Assembly: GCF_009914755.1 (NCBI RefSeq)
Contig: NC_060947.1
Source: the human T2T-CHM13v2.0 reference genome, Homo sapiens
DNA length: 64,000 nucleotides
Strand: one strand, 5' to 3'
Part shown: piece by piece, positions 30,701 to 45,094 of the stretch
Layout: each line of letters starts with the position of its first letter
Position numbering within the stretch: the stretch's first letter is position 1
Made by a program: the position numbers and the translations under genes
The notes under the pieces: generated by a model
What the model saw: the letters and a program-made list of their open reading frames with translations, nothing else
Databases searched by the model: none
What the model was told of the DNA's origin: nothing

Positions 30701-31069
30701 GGAAGGAGGACGGTATCATAATATTGGAGGAAAATTGACCTTATTTACCCACCTTACCTTGATTATAACATGGACCCCTGATTATTCATTGAACTGAGTA
30801 AACCTAGAAAACTAAGAATAACTTAGTATTATGTATATAAAGGTAGTCAGGTGTACTATCTTAGTAATACAATACTTGTCCAATTCTTACTGAACAATTG
30901 GCTCAGAAAAGACAAATTATTTTGGTAATTATAGATAAGTTACCTTACAGTTTATGTTTGCATTTGTGTTTCTTTTTTCTTCTAGAACTTTATTGAAGAA
31001 AAATGAATGTAAACAGTTTGTTTCTTCTTATTCATTCTTTTCTTTTTAGAGTTTTGCTTATTTTAAATA

Positions 31070-31295
31070 TCTTTTCCTTTTTATTTTTACACATTTATGG
31101 GGTAGGTATGCAATTTTGTTACATGCATAGACTGCATAGTGGTCAGGTCAGGGCTTTTAGGGTATCTGTCATCTTAATAACATACATTGTTGTGCCCATT
31201 AACCAATTTTTCATCATCCTCCCCTCTCCCACTCCCTCACTCTTCTGTGTCTTCATTATCTATCATTCCACTCTCTATGTCCATGTGACCACATA
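31070..31295 (-). mobile_element. L1MA 3'UTR fragment
   Basis: atgcaattttgttacatgcatagactgcatagtggtcaggtcagggcttttagggtatc. Confidence 0.75.
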
Positions 31296-31516
31296 AAATA
31301 ATTTTCTGTAGTTTTTCTAATATGTAGCATACAAATAGATGGAGTTATCAAGTGGAAAAGACAGTGGAGAAAGGAAATTTGTAATATTGGCAGGACTGAG
31401 TCACATGGGGCTTCAGGATTTACTTAGATTTCACATATAAATTAGAAGACTATTTTATTACTTCTAGTTAGCATGAAGTGTCTTCATACATCACATTGCT
31501 ACTTAGCACTGCAAAT

Positions 31517-31804
<288 letters not shown>

Positions 31805-31949
31805 CAAAGTTGTATTTTCAAGGGACATTTTCTATCATAAAAATGATCTAAAAGAAGATTTCGGTTTTGTCAAGAAAAACATTTGCAAGTCACTTGTGAG
31901 AACCTAGAAAATTAATGTATGTATTATAAAATAGTCTTTTACTTACCGT

Positions 31950-32640
31950 TTGTCTGAGAAATTCCACTTCTAGATATTTACCCCCAAAAATGAAAATGCA
32001 TGTTCACAAAATAAAATTACAAGAACAATCATAACAGCCTTAATTATAATACTGCAAAACTTGAAACAACTTAAATGGCTAACTTTAAGAGAATAGATAA
32101 ATAAATTGTGGTATATTCATAGAATGAAATATTAGAAAGAAAAAAAGGAAGAAACCACTCATGGATGAATCTCACAAACCTTATTCTGAGTGAAAGATCC
32201 CAGACACAAAAGACCATATGCTCTGCAATTCTATTTATGAAGTCCTAGAATTGGCAAAACTAATCTATGGCATGGAAAAAATTCAGAACAATGATTGTGT
32301 CTGGGTTGGGAGTATAAATCGATTGGAAATGTACATTAGGGAACTTTCTGAGATGATGAGAGTATTGAAAATCTGGATAGGGAATATGGGTTATATGGGC
32401 ACATTATATTTCTCATATGGTATTTGTCAAAATTACACAGTTAAGATTTTTGCCTTCTGATATATATAAATTTTACCTCTATAAAGAATGTTATAGAAAT
32501 AATAATTGAGTTAGGAATAGAGGAAAATGTAAGAAACAAGAATGACAGAATGTTGTAGTTGTTGCAGCTGGATGATAGATATGTTGGCTTTGTTATACTG
32601 GTCTGTTTACTTTGCATAGGCAGGACATTTTCCATAATAA
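31950..32640 (+). mobile_element. L1ME-class 3' end
   Basis: aattccacttctagatatttaccc..atggatgaatctcacaaac..ggcaaaactaatctatgg..gatgataga 3'UTR motifs. Confidence 0.7.
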
Positions 32641-32651
32641 AACGTTTAAAA

Positions 32652-32961
32652 GGTTGCACGCGGTGGCTTGGGCCTGTAATCCCAGCGCTTTGGGAGGCTG
32701 AGGCGGGTGGATCACGAGGTCAGGAGATTGACACCATCCTGGCCAACATGGTGAAACCCTGTCTCTACTAAAAATACAAAAACTAGCTGGGCGTGGTGGC
32801 ACATGCCTGTAATCCCAGCTACTCAGGAGGCTGAGGCAGGAGAATTGCTTGAACCGGGGAGTGGGAAGTTGCCGTGAGCTGGAGGTTGCGGTGAGCCGAG
32901 ATTGCGCCACTGCACTCCAGCCTGGCGACAGAGCGAGACTCAAAAAAAAAAAAAAAAAAAA
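32652..32961 (+). mobile_element. AluS (Sc-like) with a small internal duplication
   Basis: ggatcacgaggtcaggagattgacaccatcctggcc; A tail; TSD aaaa(c/a)gtttaaaa. Confidence 0.92.
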
Positions 32962-33320
32962 GTTTAAAAACTCGGCTGGACATCTCTGATTCTGATCAGA
33001 TTTTTTTGGTCTACATGATTTTTTGTTGTTGATCTACTCAAAATTGTGATGTTTCAGTATTAATATAAGGAAATAAAAAATAGAATACCATTAATCCATA
33101 AACTCTGAAATAATTTGTGCCTGCAGTTTACAAACTCCATCCATGCTAGACTTACATTCTAGCCTTCAGGTTTTATTAGTTGAATGCTTTTATAAAAGTT
33201 ATTTTAGGAATCAAATAAATGAATACTGTACTTGAAAGAGTCTGAGGTCATTGTTAAAGTTTCCATGAGGAGTTGAAGTGGTAATTCTTGTTCTTAATAA
33301 TAGCCATACTCTTTAATATC

Positions 33321-33686
33321 TGTCTTAGTTTGTTTGGGCTACTATAACAAAATATCATAGACTGGTGTCTTCTAAACAACAGAAATTTATTGCTCACGTT
33401 GCGGAGGTGGGGAAATTCAAGATCAAGGCACCAGCAGATTCTGCATCTAGTGAGGACCTGCTTCCTGGTTCATAGATGGCACCTTCTTGCTGTGTGTGTC
33501 CTTATGTGGTGGAGGGGGGATGGCAGTTCTCTGGCGTCTCTTTTATAAGGGCACTAATCCCATTTATGAGGACTCTTCCTTCATGACCTAATCACCTCCC
33601 AAAGGCTCCATCTCCTAACATCATCACAATGGTGATTAGGTTCCAACACATGAATTTGAAGGGACACAAACATTCAGACCATAATA
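33321..33686 (-). mobile_element. MLT1A/A0 solo LTR
   Basis: tgtcttagtttgtttgggctactataacaaaatatcatagactgg..aaacattcagaccataata; 5-bp TSD atatc at 33316-33320 and 33687-33691. Confidence 0.88.
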
Positions 33687-33687
33687 A

Positions 33688-34024
<337 letters not shown>

Positions 34025-34354
34025 ACTCATGGTTATGGTGATCACTCAGAAAGAGATCATTATGGCCATCAGTTTGCTTCAGAGTAGAATGTCTTCAGGT
34101 TCAGCATAGTATGTGCACATAGCAGACAACTGAAGATTTGTTGACTGAGTAGCTAGTAGACAAGAGGAATACGCAGACACTGTGACCACCAATAATCTTG
34201 ATTTCCCTTTTGCCTTGTAAGAGGATGTTCTCAGTTAAACTGGACAGCCTATATCCCCACAACCATCCATGCCATGGGCTGTGGTACTTCAATGGCCATT
34301 TGTTTAGTACAGATGTATTTGTGATACAAAGTATTTGTGAACATTTCCCAGTTG

Positions 34355-34545
34355 TGTGAATTATTTAACCTTTTTTTAGCTCCTTTTCCTCATTTGTAAA
34401 ATGAGATTAATACTAGTACTTACTTCATTGGAGTCTTATAAAATTAAATGAATCAATATGTATAACACACTTACAACAGCACTTGAGACATAGTACCATG
34501 AGAGTGCTTATTAGAATTATCATCATTATTATTACTATTATTATT
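34355..34545 (+). mobile_element. MIR
   Basis: ttatttaacc..tttcctcatttgtaaaatgagattaatactagtacttacttcatt..aaattaaatga..cacttacaacagc. Confidence 0.75.
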
Positions 34546-35003
34546 TACCATGATTGATACTGATCTTTGTTGTTTTTTTCAAGCGAGAGCTCTTATTATC
34601 TAAGTTAAGCCCCATGTTTCCTTTAAGTGTCCAGGCAACGTAGTATCTTCTGGCTGTGTAGAGCTGGCTTTAGCAATTTCTTGGTACGAAATCACCACTT
34701 ATTCCTGTAATTCTATTCTCTTTTGGATCTTGATAACCCTACAATACCACTGCTATGGCCTTAGCCACTAAAAAGTGGCTTTGCTGGGCCTGCTAAGAAT
34801 TATAACCTTCAGAGGGGAATCTACAAAAACGTGGGGACTTTGAGGAACATGGACCACTCCATTCACTTGAGGGGCACTTAAACTCCATAAAATTTACCAA
34901 AGACCACACTGAAAATCTTGCATAGCACAACTGCCAAGAGTCTTAGCTGGAGAGGGACTCACTCTTATGTCAACAAGGCTGTATAAAAATATGTGGCTCT
35001 TTT

Positions 35004-35081
35004 ATACCCATAAATCATGACTTTAGAGGCAGAGAGACTCGGATACCCACAAATCGTGACTTTAGAGGCAGAGAGACTCAG
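35004..35081. repeat. 39-bp tandem duplication
   Basis: atacccataaatcatgactttagaggcagagagactcgg / atacccacaaatcgtgactttagaggcagagagactcag. Confidence 0.95.
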
Positions 35082-36232
35082 ATGGTATGAGGCGTCTTCC
35101 AGAATAAAGGGGTTTATTTATGCTGTTCAAATTTAGGATAAAGTTAGCGTTAGGTAACTTCCTGGTTATTTGTGATGTGGGTCTCTAACTGAGAATTTCT
35201 GCAGTCTCTCTAGATGCCACAGTAGCATCACTTAAATTAGAGGCCGCAGCCTCTGGATGCTTGTCACAAAATTTGCCTGTGGTGATCACATTCATGATCA
35301 GAGATTTGTTTATTTCCACAAAAAATGCAGCCTGGAACCTACCCAGCAGCTAAACCCAGACTAGCCTTGTCATCCCTATGAAGGTTGGAATTATCTACCT
35401 GGATGGGGTTGTCCACATTTACAGGGCAGGGTTCCCAGACCCTAAGTATGATTTCCAAGAGTTTCTTCTGGCTTTCTTTGCTGTAAGGGCCCCCAAGTAT
35501 GGGCAATTCTTTTGCTTGCAAATGAGAATCCAAACATCCTGTGTTTTTTCTGCTTCTCAAAATCTTCTACCCATTAAGCAAGCTGCGTTTTGAATTATAA
35601 CATCATTTATATTTTAGTTCACGTGATATTTATGATTGTATCTTCTCTGTTCATGGTCTGTTTCCCTTTCTTCCTCTCTGTCCAATTCACAGTAATTATA
35701 GAAATGAGTTAAAATATTTTTACAGGGAAGTCAGATTAAAAACCAGCAAAAGTAAATACAATAAAAGGGAAACTAGGTGGCCTTAGGCAGGTACCTTTGA
35801 TTAATTTTACAAAGTTGTTATGCATGAATTGCTTATATGCAGTGTAAGCAAGAATATAAGTTTATGAGCTATTAACATTTTCTTATGAAAGTAGGAAACT
35901 GACTGGCTATTCTATGATTCCTGAGGTTCCTCTGGGGGAAAAAAAAGCAAAAAACCTTACTCTTCATGTCAATAATTGTTTCTACTCTAGACCTTACTGA
36001 AAGCTGCCTGTTATGTATACCACATGCTCTTTCTTGTCTGACCTGTCCTAGGTTCAGTTTTCTTTATTGGGTTCTCAATTGTTCAACACTTATGAAATGG
36101 ACATATCTCAGCTGGTAGCAAAGAGAGTGAGAAACATTTAGAGAGGGGCAAATAATTGACAAACATGAAGATACTGAGCCCTTCCTTCCATGTTGCCACC
36201 AACCGTTAGCAAGTTGGCTTGCCAGAAAATTA

Positions 36233-36556
<324 letters not shown>

Positions 36557-36839
36557 TCATAAACCTCGGGTGAGACTTTCATAAAGATAAAAGGAGTAAG
36601 ACAGAAATTGGTAATATCAGGAATCAAAACTGGGAGTCACATCACTAGAGACCCTCATGCCAATAAACTGAAAATTTAGAGGAAGTGGACAAACAGTAAA
36701 ATACTTAAAATATTGAAAAACTTAAAACACTGAAACCTGAGAGAAGATGTAAAAACATGATCTGAACTGTATATATGAAATAAATGCAATCAGTAATTAA
36801 ATAATTTTGACACTGTGTTTCTGTATGTTACACACAAAC

Positions 36840-36982
36840 CAATTATTTGGACTTGGTGCATGTAGTCTTAGCTACTCACTGAGTAGCTGAGACACGAGAA
36901 TTGCTTGAACCTCGGAGGTGGCGGTTGCAGTGAGCTGAGATCACCTCACTGCATTCCAGCATGGGCGACAGAATGAGACTGT

Positions 36983-37027
<45 letters not shown>

Positions 37028-37050
37028 AGAGAGAGAGAAAGAGAAAAAAG
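36840..37050 (+). mobile_element. Alu right arm with A41 and (GA)n tail, next to an L1M fragment (~36600-36810)
   Basis: gagaattgcttgaacctcggaggtggcggttgcagtgagctgagatc..; pure A run 36984-37024. Confidence 0.85.
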
Positions 37051-37418
37051 AAAGTTCCTGACTCATCACCTGTTGTGTTGCAGGTGATTTGTACTTTTGA
37101 ATAAATGACAGAAATGCCCGGAGCCCCTTTCCTTGGCAGGCAGTGATTGATCTAGAGAAGCACATATAAGTCCTTAGTGAATTTTAAGGGTTAACAAGAT
37201 AGTAATGCCAAGAGTGTCGGTCCCTTTCCCTATTGTATTACTTAATAAAGGACAGATGTCTCTCCAAGGACCTTACTGGCGATTAGAGAATGCATTTGCC
37301 CTTAGTATTATTTCAATAACTGTTAAACCTCAATGGACTTCATTGTTTGTGTTTGTAGTTGTAACTCACATGATATACTCTATAAACCTGGTACAAATAT
37401 GGACATACTTTTTGTATG

Positions 37419-38014
<596 letters not shown>

Positions 38015-38865
38015 TATTTCCATTTAACTGCTCAAGACTGGATTCCTTTGAAGTAGTTTCTCGCTCTCTCCCAAGACCCTCCCTTTATCCTCCCCTCCCC
38101 ACATATAGTCTTGGAATGCAAGGGCTTATGGTCTCAGTGGCAGTCAACCTGGCTTTCATAGTCAAGTGGAGAGAGAGCTGGGCCTGATCGGTGCACTACG
38201 GCCCACGCTTCTGAAATCCATAAGGTGTTGTTATTGAACACTCATCCTGCATGGTCCAGCGTCAATGCTTGTCGACTGATGTAGTGAGACTTTGGTGACC
38301 AGATTCTGGAAAATGATGCCATGATCTTTTCTGGGCAGACCAAGCCATTATCACAATGTGGAATCAACCAGTATGCCCTATGATGGTCATTTGCTCTTCA
38401 CACACATTTATAATCCTGTCCCCCCACCACCCCCAAGGTTTAAATTGGCCCCTAGAGTGTCAGGACAGGTTTAGCTATCCATCACCTAATGAAACCTGCA
38501 CTGTGATTCCACTTCATTCCCTGGGATTCACACCCTGGAAGTTGAGCATCTTTTACTATTAGACATTCAAAACACAATACAATGTGTATGATGATACCCA
38601 TTTTCTCTGGCATCTGAGATCCTGGACAACTCCTTAGGGCACTACTTTCAGGGACACCAAAGTGGGTTTTCACTTTTTTCCTGCTAGAGACAGGGAAAAA
38701 AACCTGTACAAATATACTATAGTATATAGTATAATTCAATATATATGGGTTAAAAAGGCTTTTGTGGTCCAACATGGTGACCTACCTAGTGCATCTAATA
38801 TTATATTTACAGATACGTGCACCTGGTCCAAATAATTGGCTTATGTGTAACATATGGAAACTTAG

Positions 38866-39333
38866 TGTATTCGTTTGTTGGGGCTGCCATAATAAATTAC
38901 CACACTCTTGGTGGCTTAAAGCAACAGAAATTTATCCTCCCACAGTTCTGGAGGCCAGAAGTCCACAGTCAGTTTTATTGACTTAAAATCAAGATATCAG
39001 AAAGGGCACATGCCTCTCCCTCTGGAGGCCCTAGGGGTGAATCCATTCCTTGCCTCTTCCAACTTCTGGTGGCTGTGGGCATGCCTTAGCTTGTGTCAGC
39101 ATCCCTCCAGTCTCTGCCTCTATGGTCACATGGCCTTCTTCTCTTCCATGCATGTGAAATCTCCACTGGGCTTCCTCTTACAGGGATATTTATGAATAAT
39201 ACAGGATAATTTCCCCATCTCAAGATCTATAAACCATCACATCTGCAAAGCCTTTGCCATATAAGGTAATCTCACATGTTCCAGGGATTAGGATGTGGAC
39301 ATACATTTTGGAAGCATTATGTAGCCTATCACA
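38866..39333 (-). mobile_element. MLT1C-like solo LTR
   Basis: tgtattcgtttgttggggctgccataataaattaccac..ggcttaaagcaacagaaatttat..agcctatcaca; 468 bp. Confidence 0.85.
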
Positions 39334-40459
39334 TATAGCTAATTTAAATTTAAGATTGACTATGTAATACATCCCACTCATCTTTTCCTTATTCATAGAA
39401 ACTCATGACACTAAGAAATACTTACCATGTACACATTGACTGACTGGACAATGAAAGTGAAGAATGAAATGGCATTATTCAACAAAAAGATATTAGTAAC
39501 TCTGCAATATGCTTCTGAGACAGATAAGCTTGATCAGTTACAACCATTTGTAAACACTGAAAGGAATTGCATGAGTATCTTGGTATCTCTGGGAATAATT
39601 TGGTGATTAAAAAAATCCAGCAAAACAATAAATCAATAGAAAAACTTACAGGGTGTTTAGAAAAAGAAACATTGCTATATATTGATTACCCACTTTCTCC
39701 CTGGTTTAAATTCAAGCACTGCAGAATATGTTGAATAAGCACATTTAGCATACTCAGTTTATAAAAGTGTCTTTTGTCAGTTTGATGCAAACTACATTGG
39801 GGGAAATAAAAAATAAAATCCAGAATTAATGTTCCAAACTGCAATTGCTGAAAGCGGGGAGGGATAGTGAAAAACCCCAAATAGAAATGACACTTAAAAA
39901 TAAATCCTTGAGTGACTGCCAGCCTGTTTGATATCTATTTCCTAAAGCATAGAGCATTTGTTGTCTCACATCTGAAATAGATGGTTTTGTTTTGCTAGAG
40001 CTTACACATATGTACATTTGTTTATTCTCTGAAGGTGATTCTTCATCATAAGGTATTGGAAACAGATTCTTCAGGGAAAACATCTGCTCAGCTATAATGC
40101 TAGCATCTGCCAAGTTAGGTGTGCTGAGAAAAAAAGAACTTGATCTTAGTGGTTCAGGGACCTCAAATTTACAAGTTGACAAAATATCAAACACAGACAA
40201 GTTGCATCTTTCCTCCATTACTCCTGCCCATAGTCTGGAACTATATCCAGAATCCTAGCCTAGCCGTGGCCATGCCAGACACAGAACACAAAAGTGAGAC
40301 AGCATTAATCCTAGGGTCAGTTCTAGGGGCAGAGGCCATTGGATCTACTAAGCAAAGGGCCCTGACACCAAAGCAGACCTTGGCCTTGCTTTACAGTTTC
40401 CTTAGATCTTTCCCTGTTGCTCTAGGCTGGCTTGATGTTTATGGATCTGAGGTCTTGGA

Positions 40460-40620
40460 TGTGGCACATAACGTAGTCATTAGGAGCGTGAATGCTGGAG
40501 CCAGATTGCCATGGTTCAGACTCTTGGCTCTGCCGCTAACTGTGTGAACTTGGGAAAGTTACTTAACCTCTCTGAGCTCCTATTTCTTAATTTGTAAAAT
40601 AGGGACAATTATTTCAGAAT
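40460..40620 (+). mobile_element. MIR
   Basis: ctggagccagattgccatggttcagactcttggctctgcc..tgtgtgaacttgggaaagttacttaacctctctgagc. Confidence 0.8.
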
Positions 40621-42139
40621 TGGATATAAATGGACAAGATGTGTAAAGGTGCCACTACAACCTGAAAATATGTACTCTTAGAACTGTTTAGAATGAATAA
40701 CAAAATAGTTCATACTGACCTAGTTAAACCTGGGGAGTAACTAACCCTTTGATAAAAATCCCCCATGGGAAAATGCCCTGTGCCTTCAAAGAATTGTAAT
40801 CTACATATATCCTTACTTTAATCCAACTCTCTTTACTCCAATAGAATCTACTGGCCTCCCTCACCTTTAATTTGTGCTCCCTGCCATAAAAGTGGTGAGC
40901 AAGTTGAGTACTTTCTGGAATTTGCAGAAGATTTACAAATCCCGAGCTTATGAAGCTTCAGAACTCACTCCATTCCCATTCCACAAATGTTGTCTTAGTG
41001 TTTGCGTGGGGCAAGACATTTGTTACTGAGTAGAATTTTGGTACTAACAAAAGCAACTATTGGTTGTAAAATCTGTTCTCTATTCTGTTTCTCTTGATCA
41101 ACCATTATCTAACTCTGCATTATGCATTGAACTCTGTGCTAACAACTTCTTTGCTTCTTATTCTCCATTGTTCTTGTGTCCACTGTAATGTAGATCCAGA
41201 TTGTTGTCATTCCTGGAGGCCACAATGAGGTGCCAATTTAGAAACTTAGAAAAACTTAGAGAAAATTAAAATAAGATTTCTGTTTGAGAGTTAAACTTTA
41301 AAGGTTATATGTAATAGATCAGAAGTAAGGAAGAGTTGTGTAAAGAGGCAGCATGGCTCTTGGGCCAGCAAGGCTGGACGGCAACCAGACCTGTTATGGT
41401 AACATATCTGAGGAACAAAACAGCCTTGATAGTGGTGCCAAAGCGAGTCCTACACAGTCAGGACCCTTCTAAGTACAGTAGAGAAGAAATCTGGGCCAAG
41501 CTGGCTGGCAGGTATAACATCCTTGGCAAGACTCTCACTGTGCTGAGTGAGGAAGCTCAGGCTACATCAGCTAAGGAATATTTCTCACCTAAATTCTTTC
41601 TTTGAATCCATAGTCATCAAGACCTCTTGTCTCCATACAAAGGGGGAATATACTGATCTGCTACTTTGAGCCTTCTATTACACTTGACATTTGAATTTCT
41701 GATGGTAAATGGATGAGTCAGCATATTTTTGGGTGTACTATTTTGGTTCCATGAGCTTGATGAGTATGAGGACAATCCTCAGGGTGCCTTGGTCTGCTAC
41801 CTAAGTCACAGGCCTTTTTTGATGATGCTATCGCCCACTGCTTTTTAATTTTGACAAAAAAATAACCTCTTGCCTAGATTGCAACATCACTTTCCAAATG
41901 AATTTTCCATTTTCCTGCCTCTTCAAGTCTATCCTGTACCTAACCACAAATGCTTCTTTCCCATAATTTGAATTTCATCATGACACCTACTCAGGAAACT
42001 ACTATGATTGATTGCTCTCCCAAATAACTTGAAGAGGCATGTAGAAGATCCTCACCAAAGAATGTTTTATCCCGTCCTAACTGCCAAACTACCAGAAATT
42101 TTATTATCAGAGCTTTATTCCTTTTAGTTTAAGGCCCAG

Positions 42140-43960
42140 AATTTTGGACCATTCTGTTTCCGTTATCTTCTGGCCTCCATTGTTTTTGATGAGAAGTCAG
42201 ATATCATTCTTATTTGTGTTCCTTTGTATATGAATATGCTTTCTCTCCTTTGGCTACTTTTAAGATTTTCTCTTTATCTCTAGTTTTCAGCAGTTAGACT
42301 ATGATGTGCCAGTGTTTGGCTTCCTTTGTGTTTACATTGATTGGGGGGTCACCAAGCCTCCTGAATATCTAAGTTGTTTTTCTTTATTAAATGTGGAAAA
42401 ATTTTACTCAATTTGTCTTCAAATAGTTTTTATGCACTATTGACTCTCTTCTCTCCATCTGGGACTCCAATTACATTTGTGTTAGTCTGCTTGATACCAT
42501 CCTGCAGGTCACTGTGGCTCACTTTATTGTTTTTTCAAATTATTTTTCACCCTGTGTTTCAGTTTGGGTAATTTTATTGTCCTGTCTTCAATTTTACTGA
42601 TTCTTCTTCTGTTGGTTCCAATCTGATATTAAAGCCATTCTGTGAATTTTTAATTTTTGATTTTTTTTAGTGCTAGAATTTTTATTTGGCTCTTTTTTTT
42701 TTCAACAGTTTAAGAATCTCTCCTGAAAATGATTTGTGTTAGTGCGTTTTCATGCTGCTGACAAAGACATATATCCAAGACTGGGAAGAAAAAGAGGTTT
42801 ACTTGGACTTATAGTTCCACATGGCTGGGGAGGCCTCAGAATCACAACGGGAGATGAAAGGTACTTCTTACATGGCAGCAGCAAGAGAAAATGAGAAAGA
42901 ACAAAAGTGGAAACCCCTGATAAACCCATCAGATCTTGTGAGACTTATTCACTATCACGAGAACAGCACAAGAAAGACCGGCCCCCATGATTCAGTTACC
43001 TCCCCCTGGGCCCCTCCCACAACACGTAGGAATTCTGGGAGACACAATTCAAGTTGAGATTTGGATGCGGACACAGCCAAACCATATCGTGATTGTTCTA
43101 CCATTTATCCATTTTTCCCCTGTAAATTTTTAACATATTTATTATAGTAACTTAAAAATATTGGTTAATTCTAACATATGGATCACCTGTGCATTTTTTA
43201 TATTAATGAATTTTTTTACACATTTCTGGTTTTTTCATTTGTATATCTAGTAATATTTTATTGTACACTTAATGTACATTATAGAGATTCTGGATTCTAG
43301 TTTCCGCTTCTGAAGAGTGTTGAGTTTGTATTGGTAGGCAGTTAAGTTACTGGTGGAACATCTTGACATTTTGGATACTTGGTTTTAGGCTTCACTAAGT
43401 CAGATCTATTTTAGTTTTGCCTTTTGTCCTTGGATAAATCCCTTCACCCTGGCACGTGATGGAATTATAATGGAAAGTCCTAGGTGTTTACCAAGCCCTT
43501 CCAATTTGAGAGTACTCAAACTCCAAACTCTTTCTCCTCTGCAGGGGGCAGTTGGTAAAATTGATATTCAGTGCTTCATCTTTCCAGCTGTCTTCCTATG
43601 TATTACAATTCAGAAGTCAGTCATGGATTTGAGGAATGTTTGAATGCAAATTTTGTAGCTTCTCTCTTTGAAACTCCTTCTTTCTGGGATTTCCTCCTCC
43701 TCAATTCTCAGTTTCTCTGTCAGGTCCAAAGTTTGTCCTCTGAATCTTCAGGTCAAGAAAACTCAAGCTTTTTTGTTTTAGCCTTATCTTGGAGATTTGT
43801 GAGAAATGAGGGAGGTCCTAAGAAAAAACATATAAATATGAATCTCAGCCAGTGTGATTCCCCTGTTACACAGGCCAAATTTCCTCTACTTTCTTCCTGC
43901 CCAGTGCCTCCAAACAGTTCTTTTATGTTTTTCAGAGTTTATGGTTGCTATCATCAGAAG
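42140..43960 (-). mobile_element. Ancient L1M ORF1/5' region, split by a THE1 LTR
   Basis: cttctggcctccattgtttttgatgagaagtcag..tttaagattttctctttatc..tctgggactccaattacat; similar to 26900-27400. Confidence 0.65.
42735..43089 (-). mobile_element. THE1C-like solo LTR
   Basis: catgctgctgacaaagacata..gaagaaaaagaggttt..ggacacagccaaaccatatc; TSD tgatt at 42730-42734 and 43090-43094. Confidence 0.9.
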
Positions 43961-44027
43961 GGCTAGTTCAATACTAGTTATACCACTATTACTAGGGGTC
44001 CTGAGCCTCCTCTTTGACATTATAAAT

Positions 44028-44227
44028 CAAGCTTGTCCAACCTGCAGCCCAGAACAGGTTTGAATCCAGCCAAATACAAACTTGTAAACTTTCTGAAAAG
44101 ATTATGAGATTGTTTCGCCATTTTTTTTTTTAGTTCTTCGGTATCATTAATGTTCATGTATTTTATGTGTGGCCCAAGATAATTCTTCCAATGTGGCCCA
44201 GGGAAGCCAAAAGATTGCACACCCCTG
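44028..44227. mobile_element. MER30-family MITE
   Basis: caagcttgtccaacctgcagccc ... tggcccagggaagccaaaagattgcacacccctg. Confidence 0.85.
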
Positions 44228-44260
44228 TAATGTAAACTATCCCTAGAGTGGTTAATGCAT

Positions 44261-44616
44261 TGTGTTAGTCTGTTTTCACTCTGCTATAAAGAACTTCCCT
44301 GAGACTGGGTAACTTATAAAGGAAAGAGATTTAATTGGCTCACAGTTCCACATGGCAGGGAAGGCCTCAGGAAACTTACAATCATGGCAGAAGGGGAAGC
44401 AGGTGCCTTTTTCACAAGGTGGCAGGAGACAGAAAGTGTGTGAAGGAAGAACTGTCAAACACTTATAAAATCATCAGAACTCATGAGAACTCACTCACTC
44501 ATAAGAGCAGCATGGGAGAAGCCACCTCCCACCAGCTCCCTCCCTTGACATGTGGGCATTATAGGGATTACAATTTGGGATGAGATTTGGTGGGGACGCA
44601 GAGCCAAACTATATAA
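44261..44616 (-). mobile_element. THE1D/MSTA-like solo LTR
   Basis: tgtgttagtctgttttcactctgctataaagaac..gaggcctcaggaaacttacaatcatggcagaagg-type core; TSD tgcat at 44256-44260 and 44617-44621. Confidence 0.88.
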
Positions 44617-44914
44617 TGCATAAAACTTATTGCCTATTAATACATTTTTTTAAGAGAGAAGCTGGGGTTCTTTTTGATTTCTAGACCCTGACCACCTGTC
44701 CCCAGTGACCAGCTGTTTGCTGCCTGCCGCATCTGCCTACCCACAGTGGTTATTTTGGCACAAAAGGAACTTGCGGGAGTGATGTTTACAAAGTGGTATG
44801 AATTATAGTGACTGACCAACCACCATGAGGTTAACTGAATGAGCACTGAAAATATATACTATGCTAATGGAACTCTATGGGAGGCCAGAGAATGTAAAAA
44901 TTTGGAACAAATGC

Positions 44915-45090
44915 TTTGGTGTCAGATGTTTTGGGTTTGATTTTGAAACAATTTGCTTAACTTCTCTGTCCCCATTCTTTTATCTGTAAAATGAGGTTAT
45001 TATCTTACATGGTCATTGTGAGAATTAAACAAACAGATATATATATAGCTAAGTACAATACCTGTTATATAGTAAGTTTTCATTAAATCT
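44915..45090 (+). mobile_element. MIR
   Basis: ttgcttaacttctctgtcccca..tatctgtaaaatgagg..ttgtgagaattaaa. Confidence 0.65.
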
Positions 45091-45094
45091 TTAT

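Noticed and set aside
34590-34720. Possible minus-strand terminal exon after ttacag
   Set aside because: Sequence upstream of the AG is purine-rich and all frames stop quickly.
39826-40547. Divergent 130-aa (-) and 135-aa (+) ORFs
   Set aside because: No recognisable homology; the + ORF starts at TTG and ends in a MIR. ORFs of this length are expected by chance in 64 kb.
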